This document shows positions 42,601 to 57,441 of a stretch of DNA of 64,000 nucleotides, piece by piece. Position 1 is the stretch's first letter. Every line of letters begins with the position of its first letter. The notes beneath the pieces are model-generated. The model saw only the letters and a program-made list of their open reading frames with translations, made no database searches and had not been told where the DNA came from. The translations under genes and the position numbers were made by a program. Source of the DNA: the human T2T-CHM13v2.0 reference genome, Homo sapiens; NCBI RefSeq assembly GCF_009914755.1, contig NC_060939.1. One strand, given 5' to 3'.

Positions 42601-44319
42601 GCACTTTCCCCTCCTTGCACCTTCGGTGGATGACAGCCAGCTCTAGGGGAGAGCCCGCCTGTCTTACCACCCAGATACAGCCTGAGACGCTGAAGCTGGG
42701 TGAGTGGGAGCCTTGCTGGCCCCAACCCTGCAGAGCCAGTGACTGAGGCAGAGCAACCCATCCTACTAACTAGGGAGCACCCCCAACCTCATCCACAAGA
42801 GGAGGAAGAGGAGGGCCTGGCGAGAGGACTTAGAAGCATTCGCTCCAAAGAGAAAGTGAATAAGCAGAGAAGCAAATGAAGGGAAATCCTCTGAGATGGG
42901 TGTGCTTGGTGCTCTTGTGCTACCTGTCCATCTCTGTTTGGCACTGACAATTCAAAGACCAAAATCTCACCCTGGGGGAAGAGCTGGTGCCTTCTCCAGC
43001 CCTCATGTCTCATCATCCTGGCTAAGACGCAATAAAAGCTTCACCGGGGAATGCCTCAAAAGAAACTGTTTGCCAAAACTCTGACTGATGTGAGGAGAAC
43101 CCTGACTGGAGTTAACAGACTTGGTCTTTCCTGGGTCTCCAGATGTAGTACTTCCTAGGGTTTTCTGGCCAACAGGCCATTTGCAGGGATTTCCAGGGTG
43201 TGGTTGTTCACTGTCCTCACCTCTGCATTCTCCCAACTGAGAAACAAACCCAGGGAGCCACATGAGATCACATGCCAGCCCCTTGCTCAGAGAGCAGGGC
43301 TCTCTAGAAAGCCATGTTGGAAGGGGCAGCTTGGGCCTGGGCCCACAGTAGAAGTCCAGTGAGCTATTCCTGGCCTGAAGTCTAGACCTTGGAGCCCCTG
43401 CAGAGAGAGCGGGTGCAGAGACCACAAAGCCAGATGACACACGATCTTGTGGCCACTTCACAAACCCACTTTCTTGAGAAATCCGGAGCCCAGAGCCAGG
43501 CCCCTACTGCCTTTCCTTGCAGTGTCTAGGTACCCTGGTTATTAGGGCCAAGTGGGTGCCACTCCCGTAATCTCACCAGTTAGATGAATCACCAAAGGAA
43601 GGGGAGGTAGAGAGACATGACATGCTAACTCTAACATTCCTAAGCAGAAGTTTTATCTATTTTCTCATCTATTTTTGGCAGAACTGGGAATGGGAGAATG
43701 AAGAAGAGTCTCCTTCGGCCCCACACTGTAGCCTTTGGTTGTCTTGTGAATGGGAGCTGGATTAGAGACATTGAGCATCTCTTCACATCTTGCCTGAGGC
43801 TGAGCAGTGTCGTTATTCTATAGGCAGTGATGCAAGCCAGGAGGTGTTTTGGTTCTCCAACTTTCCAGGGATCCAAGAGGGGCAGTCCCATGACTGATTT
43901 CTCACCAGGCCAAGTTGGGCTTGGCAGGGTCCTGAGAAGTAACCAGGGCAGCCCTCCTCTTGGAGGAAAGTGTGGGAAAGTCAGCAGACTGGTTACCAGC
44001 CTTCATTGCCGTATCTTGGGAACACTATATCACCCATAGGCTTGTTAACACACTGTCACCTCTTCTGTCTTTGCAGAGAAGTTTATTCCTCATTATTCCT
44101 CACAACTTACTAGTAGCAAATGTAGGTCTTTGACATTAGCAGAAATCAGAGATATTCCATAGAAGATGCCTATTTCAGTCCAGTGAGTCCAGGCACCTGC
44201 AGTACTGGCTGTCTTGGTATACATTCACCAGCTACGGGATCCTCCTTCCATTCATGGGTTCCCAAGACCAGTGGAATTACTAGATTCCAGATTCCTGAGG
44301 TCTTTCCATTGGTCTAGAG

Positions 44320-44620
44320 TAGCATTTTCCAAAATCCATTCCATGGGATGTTAGTGTGTTTTGCATTAATAATGTCTCTGTGGTCACATAAGTTTGGGAA
44401 ACCCTGGGTTAAATAAAACTAAACAGTTTCTTTATCACAAGACTTTTCAGAGTCTTTATTTGACAGTATGAAAGATTAATCTCTAAGCGGTTCCTAACAG
44501 AAAATACAGTTGGCAGTTTACCAAACTTATTTGACCGCAGAATTCCGTCACATTATTATATTATTACTAATGTTTCAGGACTGTAATGTGTGGAATAAGA
44601 TGCATTAGGAAGTATTGAAC
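44320..44620. mobile_element. hAT-Charlie (Charlie4-like) fragment
   Basis: ataagtttgggaaaccctgggttaaataaaactaaacagtttcttta; related to the 12150-12785 element in the opposite orientation. Confidence 0.5.
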
Positions 44621-45903
44621 TTGTAGAAAGCATACCCAGCAAGGCGTGAGATACCTGAATTCTGTTTCTGATTTTGTTTCTGCTAAGCCTCTGGGAAAAT
44701 CATTTCACCTGACTGGTATCAGGCAAATTAACAACTGCATTTGAGAAATTCTTTAGAAGGATAAAGTGGAGAATAAAAGTGTAAGGGATTATTATCCATG
44801 TTATTAATTTAATTGCCTTACTCAAACTTTCTCAGAAACTCTGAATAAAGGCTTTTGCCCCATTGGAAAAGTCATCTGTTTATGACCAGACTGCAAAATA
44901 CATGAGAAATTTTCCACAGCTTCTCTGAGGAATCCAAAAAGAGTAGAGGTCTTTGATATGATAGAGCAAGAAATTACTGGTATTATTACACTGTAAATTG
45001 AAGGTGACCTCTATGGGAAATGTGCCTTTTCAGTTGTGAAAGAGAATGGCTTGTCGTCTTTTGAAGATGTACACTTCTTTATTCCTGCATGCCAAACACA
45101 CTTGCAGACCCCAGGCGTCTGGACAGGCATCAGCTACTCACATCACAGTTCTCTCTCTGTCCTCGCCATGGGCTTCAGGGTGTGCTACTCTCTGCTTACT
45201 CACCCGGCTGCTCACCAAGTCCCCTGGTAAGGGATTGCTAAAGGGTCAGAGGAGGAGGGTTCCCAGCCCTGCTCCTTCTAGGCACCCCAGTTTCCATAGT
45301 CCTCTTGCAGAGTTGGCCTAAGACAGCCTTGGTTACAGTATGCAGTCCTTTGAGCCATTCTTCCTTTGGGTACAGCCTAAGCCTTTTGCAGTTGGCTCAC
45401 AAGGCCAGGCCAATGGCTCAGATCTTATGCAAGTGTCCCTGGGGTTTCCATAACTCCTAGAAACTTCTAGTATCCTTAGTCCATTGTAGTTGGGGACATC
45501 TATTCTCTGTTTCCATCCCCAGGACTAAGATACTCCCAACGGCCATATATGCTGCTAATCATCCATTGGTTTCCAGCTATAGAGAGGTTTGGAATGAAAT
45601 GCATCCACAGGTGACACACGTGTGTCACTTGTGGATTGTTTATTGTGTATAGTCTGCCATGGGAGATAAATTGAGTTAATTCCTGTTTTGGGGTTATCCC
45701 TCAGAAGAGAGTGAGGAGCCCTGGGATACAGCCAAACCAACAATGAAGTCCCCAGGCCCAGCCACGATGGGCCCATTACCCCCTGAGCTTGGTTCTTATG
45801 CGTCTCCAGGCAACAACTCCCATCACCATGAATGGGGGTCCCTGGGCAGCACTAATCTCATTGTTAGGTTTTTGCATAGTTTGAGGATGGGCTAAAGCAG
45901 CTC

Positions 45904-46389
45904 TGTATCAGTTTCCTATTGGGGCCATAACAAATGACCACAAACTGTAGCTTAAAGCAACACACATTTATTGTCTTCCAGCCTAGAGTCCTAAAATCAA
46001 GGTGTGGGTAGGGCCATGTTTGTTCTGGAGGCTCTTGAGGAAGAAGCTGCTTCTTTGCCTTTTCCAGCTTCTACAGGCCACCTGCATTTCTTGGCTCATT
46101 CTTCGCTTCCTCCCTCTTCACAGCCAGCGGCACAGCATCTTCACGTATCTCATTCTGACCTCTGCTTCCATTGTCATATCTTCTCTGACCTTGGCACTCC
46201 TGTCTCCCCCTTAAAGGACCTCGTGATTACATTGAGCCATTCAGACGTTCCAAAATAATCTCTTCATGTTAAGATCCTTAACTCAATCATAACCGCAAAG
46301 TCCCTTTTGCTATGTAAAGTAACATATTTGCAGGTTTGGGGAATTAATATTTGGACATCTTTGCAGGTTCCATGATTCTGTCTACCTCA
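45904..46389 (-). mobile_element. MLT1C/D-like LTR
   Basis: tgtatcagtttcctattg...ttccagcttcta...aagatccttaactcaatca...gtaaagtaacatatt...tctacctca. Confidence 0.8.
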
Positions 46390-48899
46390 GGCCCCCTCTG
46401 GTTTTATGGTTCTGTGTGTCTCCCAAGTTGCTTCTTCACAGCCCTCACTTCACACATTTGTCAACCACCGAGGCCTGTGCCTCCTTGACCTCTAACCTAC
46501 ATGGAAGTCAGCTTGCATTATGAGTTTCTCACTTCAAACATCAGCTGAGTGTGAGCCCATCTGTAGGAGCTAGAGTGCTTCACTTTCAGAAAAGGGAGTG
46601 GATTCTCTGGAAATCCAGTTCCTTGGCGTATATCACGTGAACATTTTCATGGGTGAGGTCACACTTTGCTCTCAAGATGGCACCAGCACAGTGTCAGCCC
46701 AGGTCTCAACCCGGAAGTGGAATTAAACCTTTCTTCCCACCCCAGGTGACTTTCTCTGATTCAACAGATGGACTGCTGAAATTCCAACAATGGAAGAAAT
46801 GTTTTACCTTTTGGTCAGGTTTTGGCTCTTGCTAAGCCTGAGTTTGTTGCTTTATCTTGGTTCTGCCTGTCTAGGTATTTATTTCTAATCGTGGTTCAGG
46901 AAGCTGAATGTACCTGTGTTGGTCCCCATGGTCCCCAGCACACAGCTCAATGCTCATGACCTGGGGGACAGCTGGAAGCTTCAATTTTCTGAAATCAAGA
47001 GGAAAATAATCTATCGTAGCACACCTGGTCTTTACTGTCAACAAGAGACTTACAGCCTAGTAGCCAGCCCTTCAGGACTTGTACTGAGCACCTGCTAGGT
47101 GCAAGCATTGGGCAGTGCTGCCATTGTTTCCCCAAGGTTTAAGGGTTTTCAGGATTCATTTCCTTCCCAAAGTCAGCCACCCAATGAGCAGTTACGAATG
47201 CATCTCTAGATTACATCACCTTGTGTTTTAGCCACGACAGGGAGGATAGCTGGTAATCCCCTTGCCCCCTTCCTGTTCCCCAACCCCAAATATGTTTCAA
47301 GAAATATTAATTTAGCTATCTTTCACTATTTCTTTAAAAATTATAAAATGCAAGCATTTTTTAAAGTGGGTAATAAGACAGGGCAAATAAATTTTACTAA
47401 AGGCAGAGAGGCATAGCATAGATTTTACCAAGCACACCACTCTAGCACTGTAAGGAAGAAAAATTGTTTCTGTAACAAATTCTACTACGATCGTGCTAGG
47501 CCATGGCCCTGGACTTATTTAAAAGTACGTGTAAAAGCCAAAGAGATGAAATTTAAGAAATCCTTAGGATTTAGTAGGGGCCAGGCTGTCTTTGTTTTGT
47601 TTATTGGGTTTTTGGAAATTTAAGGCTAGGCTTGTTGCTTTTCCAGCCACAGAGCATGGTAAAGTAAATGAAACCCGACAGGATTTCATTGTTCGGATGC
47701 TGATCACAGCTTGGCACACATGGAATTCAATGTGTCTCTTACATGCATATTGAGCCCGTGTTTAAAATAGTATAAGTGAGTAAGAAAAATTTAAGTACAG
47801 GCAACTAAAGAATGATTTGCAACTACAAATGAAAGTAGCTTGGATCTTTGAAGGCTAAGTCCATGGTTGGTTAGGCAGGGTGAGATTGCATAAATGAATC
47901 AGCAGGCAGACTTTGCCCTAAAGCTGAGTAGAAAATGAAGTATGGAAATGATGCATAGGCTTTGGGGAAGCCTGGGAAGTGTAGGATTGATTTTGATTTG
48001 TGTCTTTGTCCAGCTCTAGAGTTGATTGGATTCTTGCTGGGGGAGGCCCATCACCTCAACCCTCTGGAGCTTGCCTCTGGGGCTTTCAGAAATAAGCTTA
48101 ATTAATCTCTTTCCTGTAGCAGCCCCTCAGACACGTGGGGGAGCAGGAAAGCTCTCAGGCCTTCCTTAGATTGCTTTTCCTCAAATTATACAGCCCCATA
48201 TCATCCAGGTTTTTCCTTATGAGACACAGCTCTAAAAAATTCATTGTAAGTTAGTCATTAATTTCATGAATGTCTTGATTTGTGGGAAACAGAGATGCCA
48301 GTGTCTTTATAGTTCATTCCCTTTAGCTCTATGTTTCAGGGAAAATATGTTGAGTGGATAGCAACAAAACGCATAGAGGGGACAGGGAAATCTTTGCCCC
48401 AGTTCACATGTTGCTCCCTGGCCCCCTTTCTTATCTGTTTCATTTACAGTTCTTAACTGTTTAATGTACTTAATGTCTTGATTTGGCTTAGCTAGAAAGT
48501 GCGTGTTGAGACACTTGACAAAGTAGGCAGTTCTTTTGCTAAATGTTGGCTTCGTTTGTAACTGGAAGAGCTTTATCTCTCTGTTTTCAGATCCATGAGC
48601 TTTATAGCATAGAAAATCTGCTGAGAAAAATCATCATCTAATTGGAAAAACAGGCATTTTATTGAGTTAAATCAAATTCATAATCACAAATAAATTTGAA
48701 CATGTTTTTCCAGCATTTATAGCTCCATACCATGACCTGTATGATTATTATACAGAGCTCCTACATGAAATTAAATGAAATGGACCAAGGCAGACACTGG
48801 TCTTCCCTGCAAAGCTAGGTCTTTGCTGCTGGTCTCCTCTCTCTCTGGACATTACACAGGCTCGGGCCTCCATGGAATAATTTTGCACTTCTGCTGCAG

Positions 48900-49003
48900 G
48901 TAGAACAAGTCAGCCAGTTGGCTGTGTTCATAGAGGCAGCATTAGACTATCACAGACAGTCCACAGAGATTCTGCAGGAGCTGCAGAGCAAGCTACAGAT
49001 GCG
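48900..49003 (+). CDS. SH3GL3: SH3GL3 exon 7 (104 nt): VEQVSQLAVFIEAALDYHRQSTEILQELQSKLQM(R)
   Basis: Boundaries cttctgctgcag|GTAGAA and ATGCG|gtaagc; encodes the C-terminal BAR helix. Confidence 0.96.
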
Positions 49004-49434
49004 GTAAGCACCTCCACGTTTCTTACAAGCCAAGGGCTGCGGAGGTAACATCTATTGAAATCCATCTGTCTGTCTCTCCATCTCTCCATCTCCCCCTTCC
49101 CCTGCCTCATTCTGTTTTGAATTTTCTTTCACTGGCTTTCATGGTTGGATGTGGGATGGGACTGAGATAATAAGTACTGGCTTTGGCCAGTAGGATAGAA
49201 CTGGGAAAAGGGACCTGGCAGCTTTTCTCCTTTTTCTTTTCATTAAATCCCTTTTTTTTGTGACCCGTGTTTAGGGCAACTAACCAAGTTGCTCTCCCAC
49301 CTGGGACATCAACCCCTACAGAACTACCCTGGCTTCATTGCTGATTTGATGAGAGTTTAACTCCCCATTCACAAAGGGATGGAAAACATCCAGAGCTATG
49401 GAAAAAAGTGAGATGCTGTATGGAAAATATGTAA

Positions 49435-49465
<31 letters not shown>

Positions 49466-49492
49466 AGGTAGTGCCTTCACTTCACCAGTACG

Positions 49493-49600
49493 AATTTCAG
49501 GATATGTTCATAATATTGACTAGTATTGAAAGAGTCAAAATATTGACAAATTTCAGGCTGTGTTCATAATATTGACAGGTATTGAAAGAGTCAAAAATAT
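49493..49600. repeat. Two-copy tandem duplication, period 56 bp
   Basis: aatttcagg(at/ct)(a/g)tgttcataatattgac..gtattgaaagagtcaaaa begins at 49493 and again at 49549. Confidence 0.9.
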
Positions 49601-50029
49601 CTTCTGAACAATCAAAGAAAGGTTTCTGCATTCCTTGTGAATTTAATCATAGATGTAGTCTATACTTTTCTGAAAATTAGTAATATTATATATAGTCTGC
49701 ATGGCAACCCTGTTTATTAAAATATTTTAAATTAGGTTTGATAACAGAAAATTGTTTTACACAGGATTATGGTAATGCATAAATTTGGAGGGATTTTTAC
49801 TTAAATCAATGACGTAGTTACCTAGGGAAGACAAAGATGTGTTCAGTCCCTGAAGCATCCACTTCTGCAGGCAGATAGTTTACCTGTTACTGACAGGAGT
49901 GTATTTTCATAATTCTATCATAATCTATAAGAGTAGAGTGAGGGAGAAGGCAGCTCCCATCACTGGGTGCCGACCGCGTCCCAGGCACTTGCTGGATGCC
50001 TCAGAGACTTGATGAAGAAAATTAGTCTT

Positions 50030-50344
50030 TTGTTTTGTTTTGTTTTGTTTTGAGATGGAGTCGTGCTCTGTTGCCCAGGCTGGAGTGCAGTGGCGCCATC
50101 TTGGCTCACCGTAACCTCTGCTCACTGCAGCCTCCACCTTCCAGTTTCAAGAGATTCTCCTGCCTAAGCCTCCCGAGTAGCTGGGATTACAGGCGCCCAC
50201 CACCATGCCTGGCTAATTTTTGTATTTTTCGTAGAGATGGGGTTTCACCATGTTGGCCAGGCTGATCTCGAACTCCTGACCTCAGGTGAGCACCTTGGCC
50301 TCCCAAAGTGCTGGGATTACAGGCATGAGCCACCATGGCTGGCC
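50030..50344 (-). mobile_element. AluS with a (GTTTT)n tail and a 16-bp internal duplication
   Basis: TSD AATTAGTCTT at 50020-50029 and 50346-50355. Confidence 0.9.
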
Positions 50345-50580
50345 CAATTAGTCTTCTTCAAGATGAATTTCACTCACAAGCTCAAATAGGGAGTTGAAAA
50401 ACTGCATTTGTGATATCACCTCCATCACTTCGGGCTACTCAAGAGTCAGTGTGTAAAAATCGTCCCTTTCATGACCACTGGCTGTAACCTAAGTTCCTGT
50501 GCTCAACAAGGCAGAGAGGATGTGTGTTTGGAAAGCTTTCAACATCAGATGTCTGGCTCATCTTACGATGTGTGTTACAG

Positions 50581-50690
50581 AATATCAGCTGCATCCAGTG
50601 TCCCCAGACGAGAATACAAGCCAAGGCCTGTGAAAAGGAGTTCTAGTGAGCTCAATGGAGTTTCCACCACCTCTGTAGTGAAGACGACAG
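50581..50690 (+). CDS. SH3GL3: SH3GL3 exon 8 (110 nt): (R)ISAASSVPRREYKPRPVKRSSSELNGVSTTSVVKTT(G), BAR-SH3 linker
   Basis: Boundaries gtgtgttacag|AATATC and ACGACAG|gtaagt; overlaps ORF 50471..50716. Confidence 0.95.
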
Positions 50691-51299
50691 GTAAGTTGAC
50701 CATTCTAATATGCTAAGTGTGCCTTTAGTAAAGCACTTCTAGAAACACTTATTTACTGCTTGTTTCTGGGTCAGTGAATACACACAGACCCTGGATATCT
50801 TTCTTTGGTTGTTTGGTAAATTCCCTTTTCCCCTAAACGTGCCCCTTTTTTCTGTTCCCTGGGGAAGAATTCTATCACTTATATAATGTAGCATTTAGAA
50901 CCTTGGCCATGGAACCATTATGGCTACATCATCCTTTATTTTTTTAACTCTTTGAAAATATTTTCTTAATTTATTTTTAAGTTGAAATTAGCATTTTTGA
51001 GCAACTGCTATATGCTAGATACTATCTTAAGTGCTGCATCGTTATTTTTTATTAAACAAGTGATGCAAATGTGTCTTTTAGTAAAATAATCAAACAGAAA
51101 AAAATTGGTAAAATAATCAAACAGAAAAAAAAATTTAATGGTATAAGTCATTCTATAGTCTCTTGTGATCACCTACACCATCGCAGTTCGCTTCCTAGAT
51201 GTAGCCACTGTTAAAAAAATTTGGTATAACTATTATCATATCTATTGAGGTACATAAATATACACATAAACAGCGTTTTGGATTTTTTTCTGTTTTTTC

Positions 51300-51595
51300 T
51301 TTTTTTCTTTTTTGAGACAAAGTCTTGCTCTGTCACCCAGGCTGTAGTGCAATGGCATGAACATGGCTCGGTGCAGCCTTGACCTCCTGGGCTCAAGCAA
51401 TCCTCCTGCCTCAGCCTTCCATGTAGCTGGAACTACAGGTGTATGTGACCCTGCCAGGCAAATTTTTTTATTTTTTGTAGAGACAAGGTCTTACTTTGTT
51501 GCCCAGGCTGGCCTGCAACTCCTGGGCTCAAGCAATCCTTCTGCCTCGGCCTTCTGAAGTGCTGGGATTATAGGCATGAGCCACTGTACCCAGCC
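51300..51595 (-). mobile_element. AluJ
   Basis: J features; TSD ttttttctgtttttt. Confidence 0.88.
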
Positions 51596-52399
51596 TTTTT
51601 TCTGTTTTTTAAATGCGAGATTATACTAGGCATATTGTTTGGCAGTTTGCTTTTTAAAATGTATCACTGTTTCTTCGAGTTATTTCCATATCATGCATAT
51701 AGATCTATCCCACTGTTTTAACAGCTTCATAGTTTTCTATTATACCATTTCCCTATTGGTGGACGTTAAGGTTTTTTCCAGTTATTTGCTACAGTGAGTA
51801 TCCTTTATCACTGTGCTGGCTACATTACTATTAAAGCATGAACACCTGCTTCCCCACACCCATGCCAGTAGACTTCCATTTCTGCCAAGCACTCATGAGA
51901 AAAAAATGGTATCCAGTCTTAATTTGCATTTTCATGATTATTAGTGAGGGTGAACTTTCTTTTCTATATTTTAATTTGTATTTCCTTATGTCTGAATTGT
52001 CTGTTTATGTCATTTATTTGTGTTTTTTGGGAGTAGTTTGCTTTGTCTTATTGTTTTATAGGAGCTCTTTCCATATGAGGATATTAATAATTTTTTTCCT
52101 AGTTTGTCATTTATCTTTAAACTTTGTTTTTGGAGTGCCTTGTCCCTTTGTTGTTTTTGCTGTTGTTTGCTTTGTTTAGTTTTGCTTTGAGTATACAGAA
52201 GCTTTTATTTTGATGTAGTCAAATGTATCTGTCTTTTGCTTATGACTTTACATTTTGTGCCCTGTCATGATTACATTTTGTGCCCTGTTGTGAAAAGTCT
52301 TCCTATCCCTGAAGTTATTCTTCTACAGTTTTCTACTACTTTGAATAATCTTTTCTTAATATTTAGATCTTTATCATAAGGATTTATTTTTCTAAATGA

Positions 52400-53330
<931 letters not shown>

Positions 53331-53484
53331 ACATTGCTCATATAAGCTGCACAGTGTGAATTTTCTTCCAACCTTATGGCTATCCTTAAAGGTTTTTTTT
53401 TTTTTCATTTAAAAACAAAAATTATCAGAGTAATATGTGTATGTAGTTTAAAAAGAAAATGGTAATATACGTATGTGGTTTTAA

Positions 53485-53893
<409 letters not shown>

Positions 53894-55726
53894 ATGTGTA
53901 TACATTTTTAAAAAAAACATGGTGCAAGCTTTTTCGTGAGAAATGGCAGTTTCCCCATCAACTCCTTTCCCAGTGCTTATTTTCTGCTCTCAGAGGAAAC
54001 ACTTTCAACTCTTTTACATATTTATTTGGTACTTAACTTCATGGTGCTTGTTTTTTACTATTTCTTTTTTTACTCTGATTCTTCAGTTTGGATAAATGTA
54101 TTGATTTCCTGATATGGAAGATAATGGCTTAGCTTCCTAACCCTTGGTCTTCCATAGACTTCTCCCTCCCTTCACCCTTCCAATTTACTTATAATCACTA
54201 TTTTTGTTAAATAAATATTCATTGTGTAATCATCACTTCCATCATGTGGGACTCTTAAAATGCACTCCTCCCCTTTTTTCCCTGCTCTTATTTTAAATTG
54301 CCTACTCACGGATGAAAATGTGAGCAGGCTGCATGACTTTTCTGACTACTCTTGGGTCACATAAGTTCTCCAGTCACTTGAATGTGTAAGTGCAGGCTCG
54401 TGCAGTAGTCAAAATGCTAAGACCCATGTCATGGTCAAAGCTATAATCTTGATTTAAAGTTTGGCTTTCACTCCTCCCCAAGCTCTGGCCTGTTGCCGTG
54501 GGAACATTGGTGTCAGGGAAGAGGTTGTATTTGGCTTTTTCTCTTTCCCCATCTACCCCTTCTGTTCTTAAGTCCCCAGAGAATGTATTTTAAGCTCGCT
54601 GAGGAATCTTTTAAAAGTTCTTCTCTCTTGATTTGGTGTGAAATGAAAAGATCACAACACATCCTGCCTCCTCCACACTCTCTCCAACATTTTTCTAAAA
54701 ATCCTTTTTAATCTCCATCTTCTGACCTATTTATGCCATAGATGTAGGCTGGGATTAAAAGTTATAAAACTGGCTACCCTCATCTCTTCTGTTTTTGTTT
54801 GTTTCCAAATCCTGCATAAGTTGTCTTCTGCACATCGGTTTAATAAAAAAGAACAAACAAAAAAAAACAGTTCTGGGGCCTCATCCAAAACTTCCATTTT
54901 TACATCGCCTAACACTTATTTACAATGTCATGAGCACAGAAATAATATTCACAGCAGTATCACATAGTGCACTATCATTGCATTTCTATTCTTGTACAAT
55001 TGTTGTCTTGATGACTGTAGCTTTATAAGTTTTGAGGTCAGGCCCTGTTAGTCCTCTAACTTTGGTCTTCATTTTAAAAGTTGTTTGACTATTCTAGTTA
55101 CTTTGCATTTTCATGTGAGTTTTAGAGATCAAATTTTCAATGTTTCAAAAAAATCCTGCTCAGATTTTTATTTGGATTGGGTTGAATCTATAACTCAATT
55201 TAAGAGGAATTGATAGCTTAACAATATTGAGTGTTCCAGGCTTGAACACAATCTATTGTATTTCCCATTTATTTAGGTCTTCTTGAATTTCTCTCAGCAG
55301 TGTTTCACTATTTTTAGAATATATACAGGTCTTTTAAATTTTTTCATCAATCTCTAAGTATTTTATATCTTTATGCAATTGCAAACAGCATTTTAATAAA
55401 ATTTCCATTTCTGAATTTTTGTTTCTAGCATTCATAATATTCCATTGATTTTTGTATATTGATCTTGTATCCTGCCATGTTGCTAAATTTACATCTTAGG
55501 TCTAGTAGTTTTTTAATAGATTCCATAGTTTTTCTACATAGATGTTCACGTCATCTATAAATGAAGACAGTTTTACTCAATATCTGCATGCCTTTGTTTT
55601 TCTTGCCTTTTTTCACTTGCTAGAACATGCTGAGTACAAAGGGTTAGAGTGGACATCCTTGCTTTGTCTCTGATTTTAGGGGAGAAGCATTCAATACTTC
55701 ATAATTAAGGATGATTTTAGCTGTAG

Positions 55727-56037
<311 letters not shown>

Positions 56038-56719
56038 TTCATAGATTTTAAAAATCAGATTGAGAGAGTTCCCTTCTAGTCATAAATAGTTTGAAGAGAG
56101 TTTTAATGAGAAACAGTCTTTGAATTTTGTCAGATGCCTTTTTTTGGTATCTGTTGAGATGATCGTTTATTTTTTAGTTTTAGTTTGTTAATATGGTGAA
56201 TTACATTGTTAGTTAAATCAACCTTGCATCCCTAGGATAAACTCTTTGTGGGAAAGTTTTTTTAAATTAATTTTAAATTTTAGAATAGTTTTAGACTTAC
56301 AGAAAAGTTGTGACGATAGCACAGGGCATTCCCATATACTCCTCCACTCTTCTATATTAACATTTTATTAGTATGGCACATTTACTTTATATAATGAACA
56401 TATATTTATATTAGCTAAAGTCCACACTTCATTCACATTTCCTTAGTTTTTACCTGCTGTTCTTTTTCTGTTCTAGGATCCTATCCAGAATAGCACGTTG
56501 CATTTAGTCCTCACATCTCCTTCGGCCTCTCTTGCTGTGGCAGCTTCTAAGACTTTCTTTGTTTTTAATGAACTTGACAGTTTTGGGGAGTACTGTTTAC
56601 ATATTTTGTAGAATGTCCCCCAGTTGAGATTTGTCTGATGTCTTTACATGGTTAGACTGGAGTTATGAGTTTCTGGGAAGAAGATCACAGAGGTAAAGTG
56701 CCATTCTCATCCCATCACC

Positions 56720-57441
56720 TACCATCTCACATCAGTCAGAATGGCTGGTATTAAAAAGTCAAAAAATCATAGATGGCTGGCAAGGCTGCAGAGTAATGAG
56801 ACAGCTTATACACTGCTGGTGGCAATGTAGATTAGTTCAGCCACTGTGGAAGGAAGTTTGGCAATTTCTCACACAACTTAAAGCAGAACTATCATTTGAC
56901 CCAGCATTCCCGTTACTGCATATATACCCAAAGGAATATAAATCATTCTACCATAAAGACACATACACGTGTATGTTCATCGCAGCACTATTCACAATAG
57001 CAAAGGCGTGGAATCAAACTAAATGCCCATCGGTGGCAGACTGGATAAAGAAAACGTACTACATATATTCCATGGGACAGTACACGGCCATAAAAAAGAA
57101 TGAGATCATGTCCTTTGCAGCAACATGGGTGGAGCTGGAGACCATGATCCTAAGTGAACTAACTCAGGAACAGAAAACCAAATACTGCATGTTCTCACTT
57201 GTAAGTGGGAGCTAAACATTGAGTACACATGGACACAAAGAAGGGAATAATAGCCAGTGGGGCCTGCTTGAGGGTGGAGGTTGGGAGGAGGGTGAGAATT
57301 GAAAAACTACCTACCCTGTACTATGCTTGATCACCTGAGTGACGAAATAACCTGCACACCAAATCCCTGTGATACACTGTTTACTCATATAAAAAACCTG
57401 TGCATGTACCCCTGAACCTAAAAGTTAAAAAAAAAAAAAAA
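56720..57441 (+). mobile_element. 5'-truncated older L1PA (L1PA13-16-like), sense to the gene, inserted in an L1MC 3' end
   Basis: ORF 56796..57215 resembles the ORF2p C-terminus (FIAALFTIAKAWNQ...KYCMFSL); 3'UTR and A15 tail follow. Confidence 0.88.

Noticed and set aside
48897-48905. CAG|GTAGAA at the exon 7 acceptor as a recursive splice site or +4 tandem acceptor
   Set aside because: The GT is explained by the Val codon and GTAGAA is a poor donor; no further support.
49493-49600. Direct repeats resembling a CRISPR-like array
   Set aside because: Only two adjacent copies with no unique spacers, in a mammalian intron.
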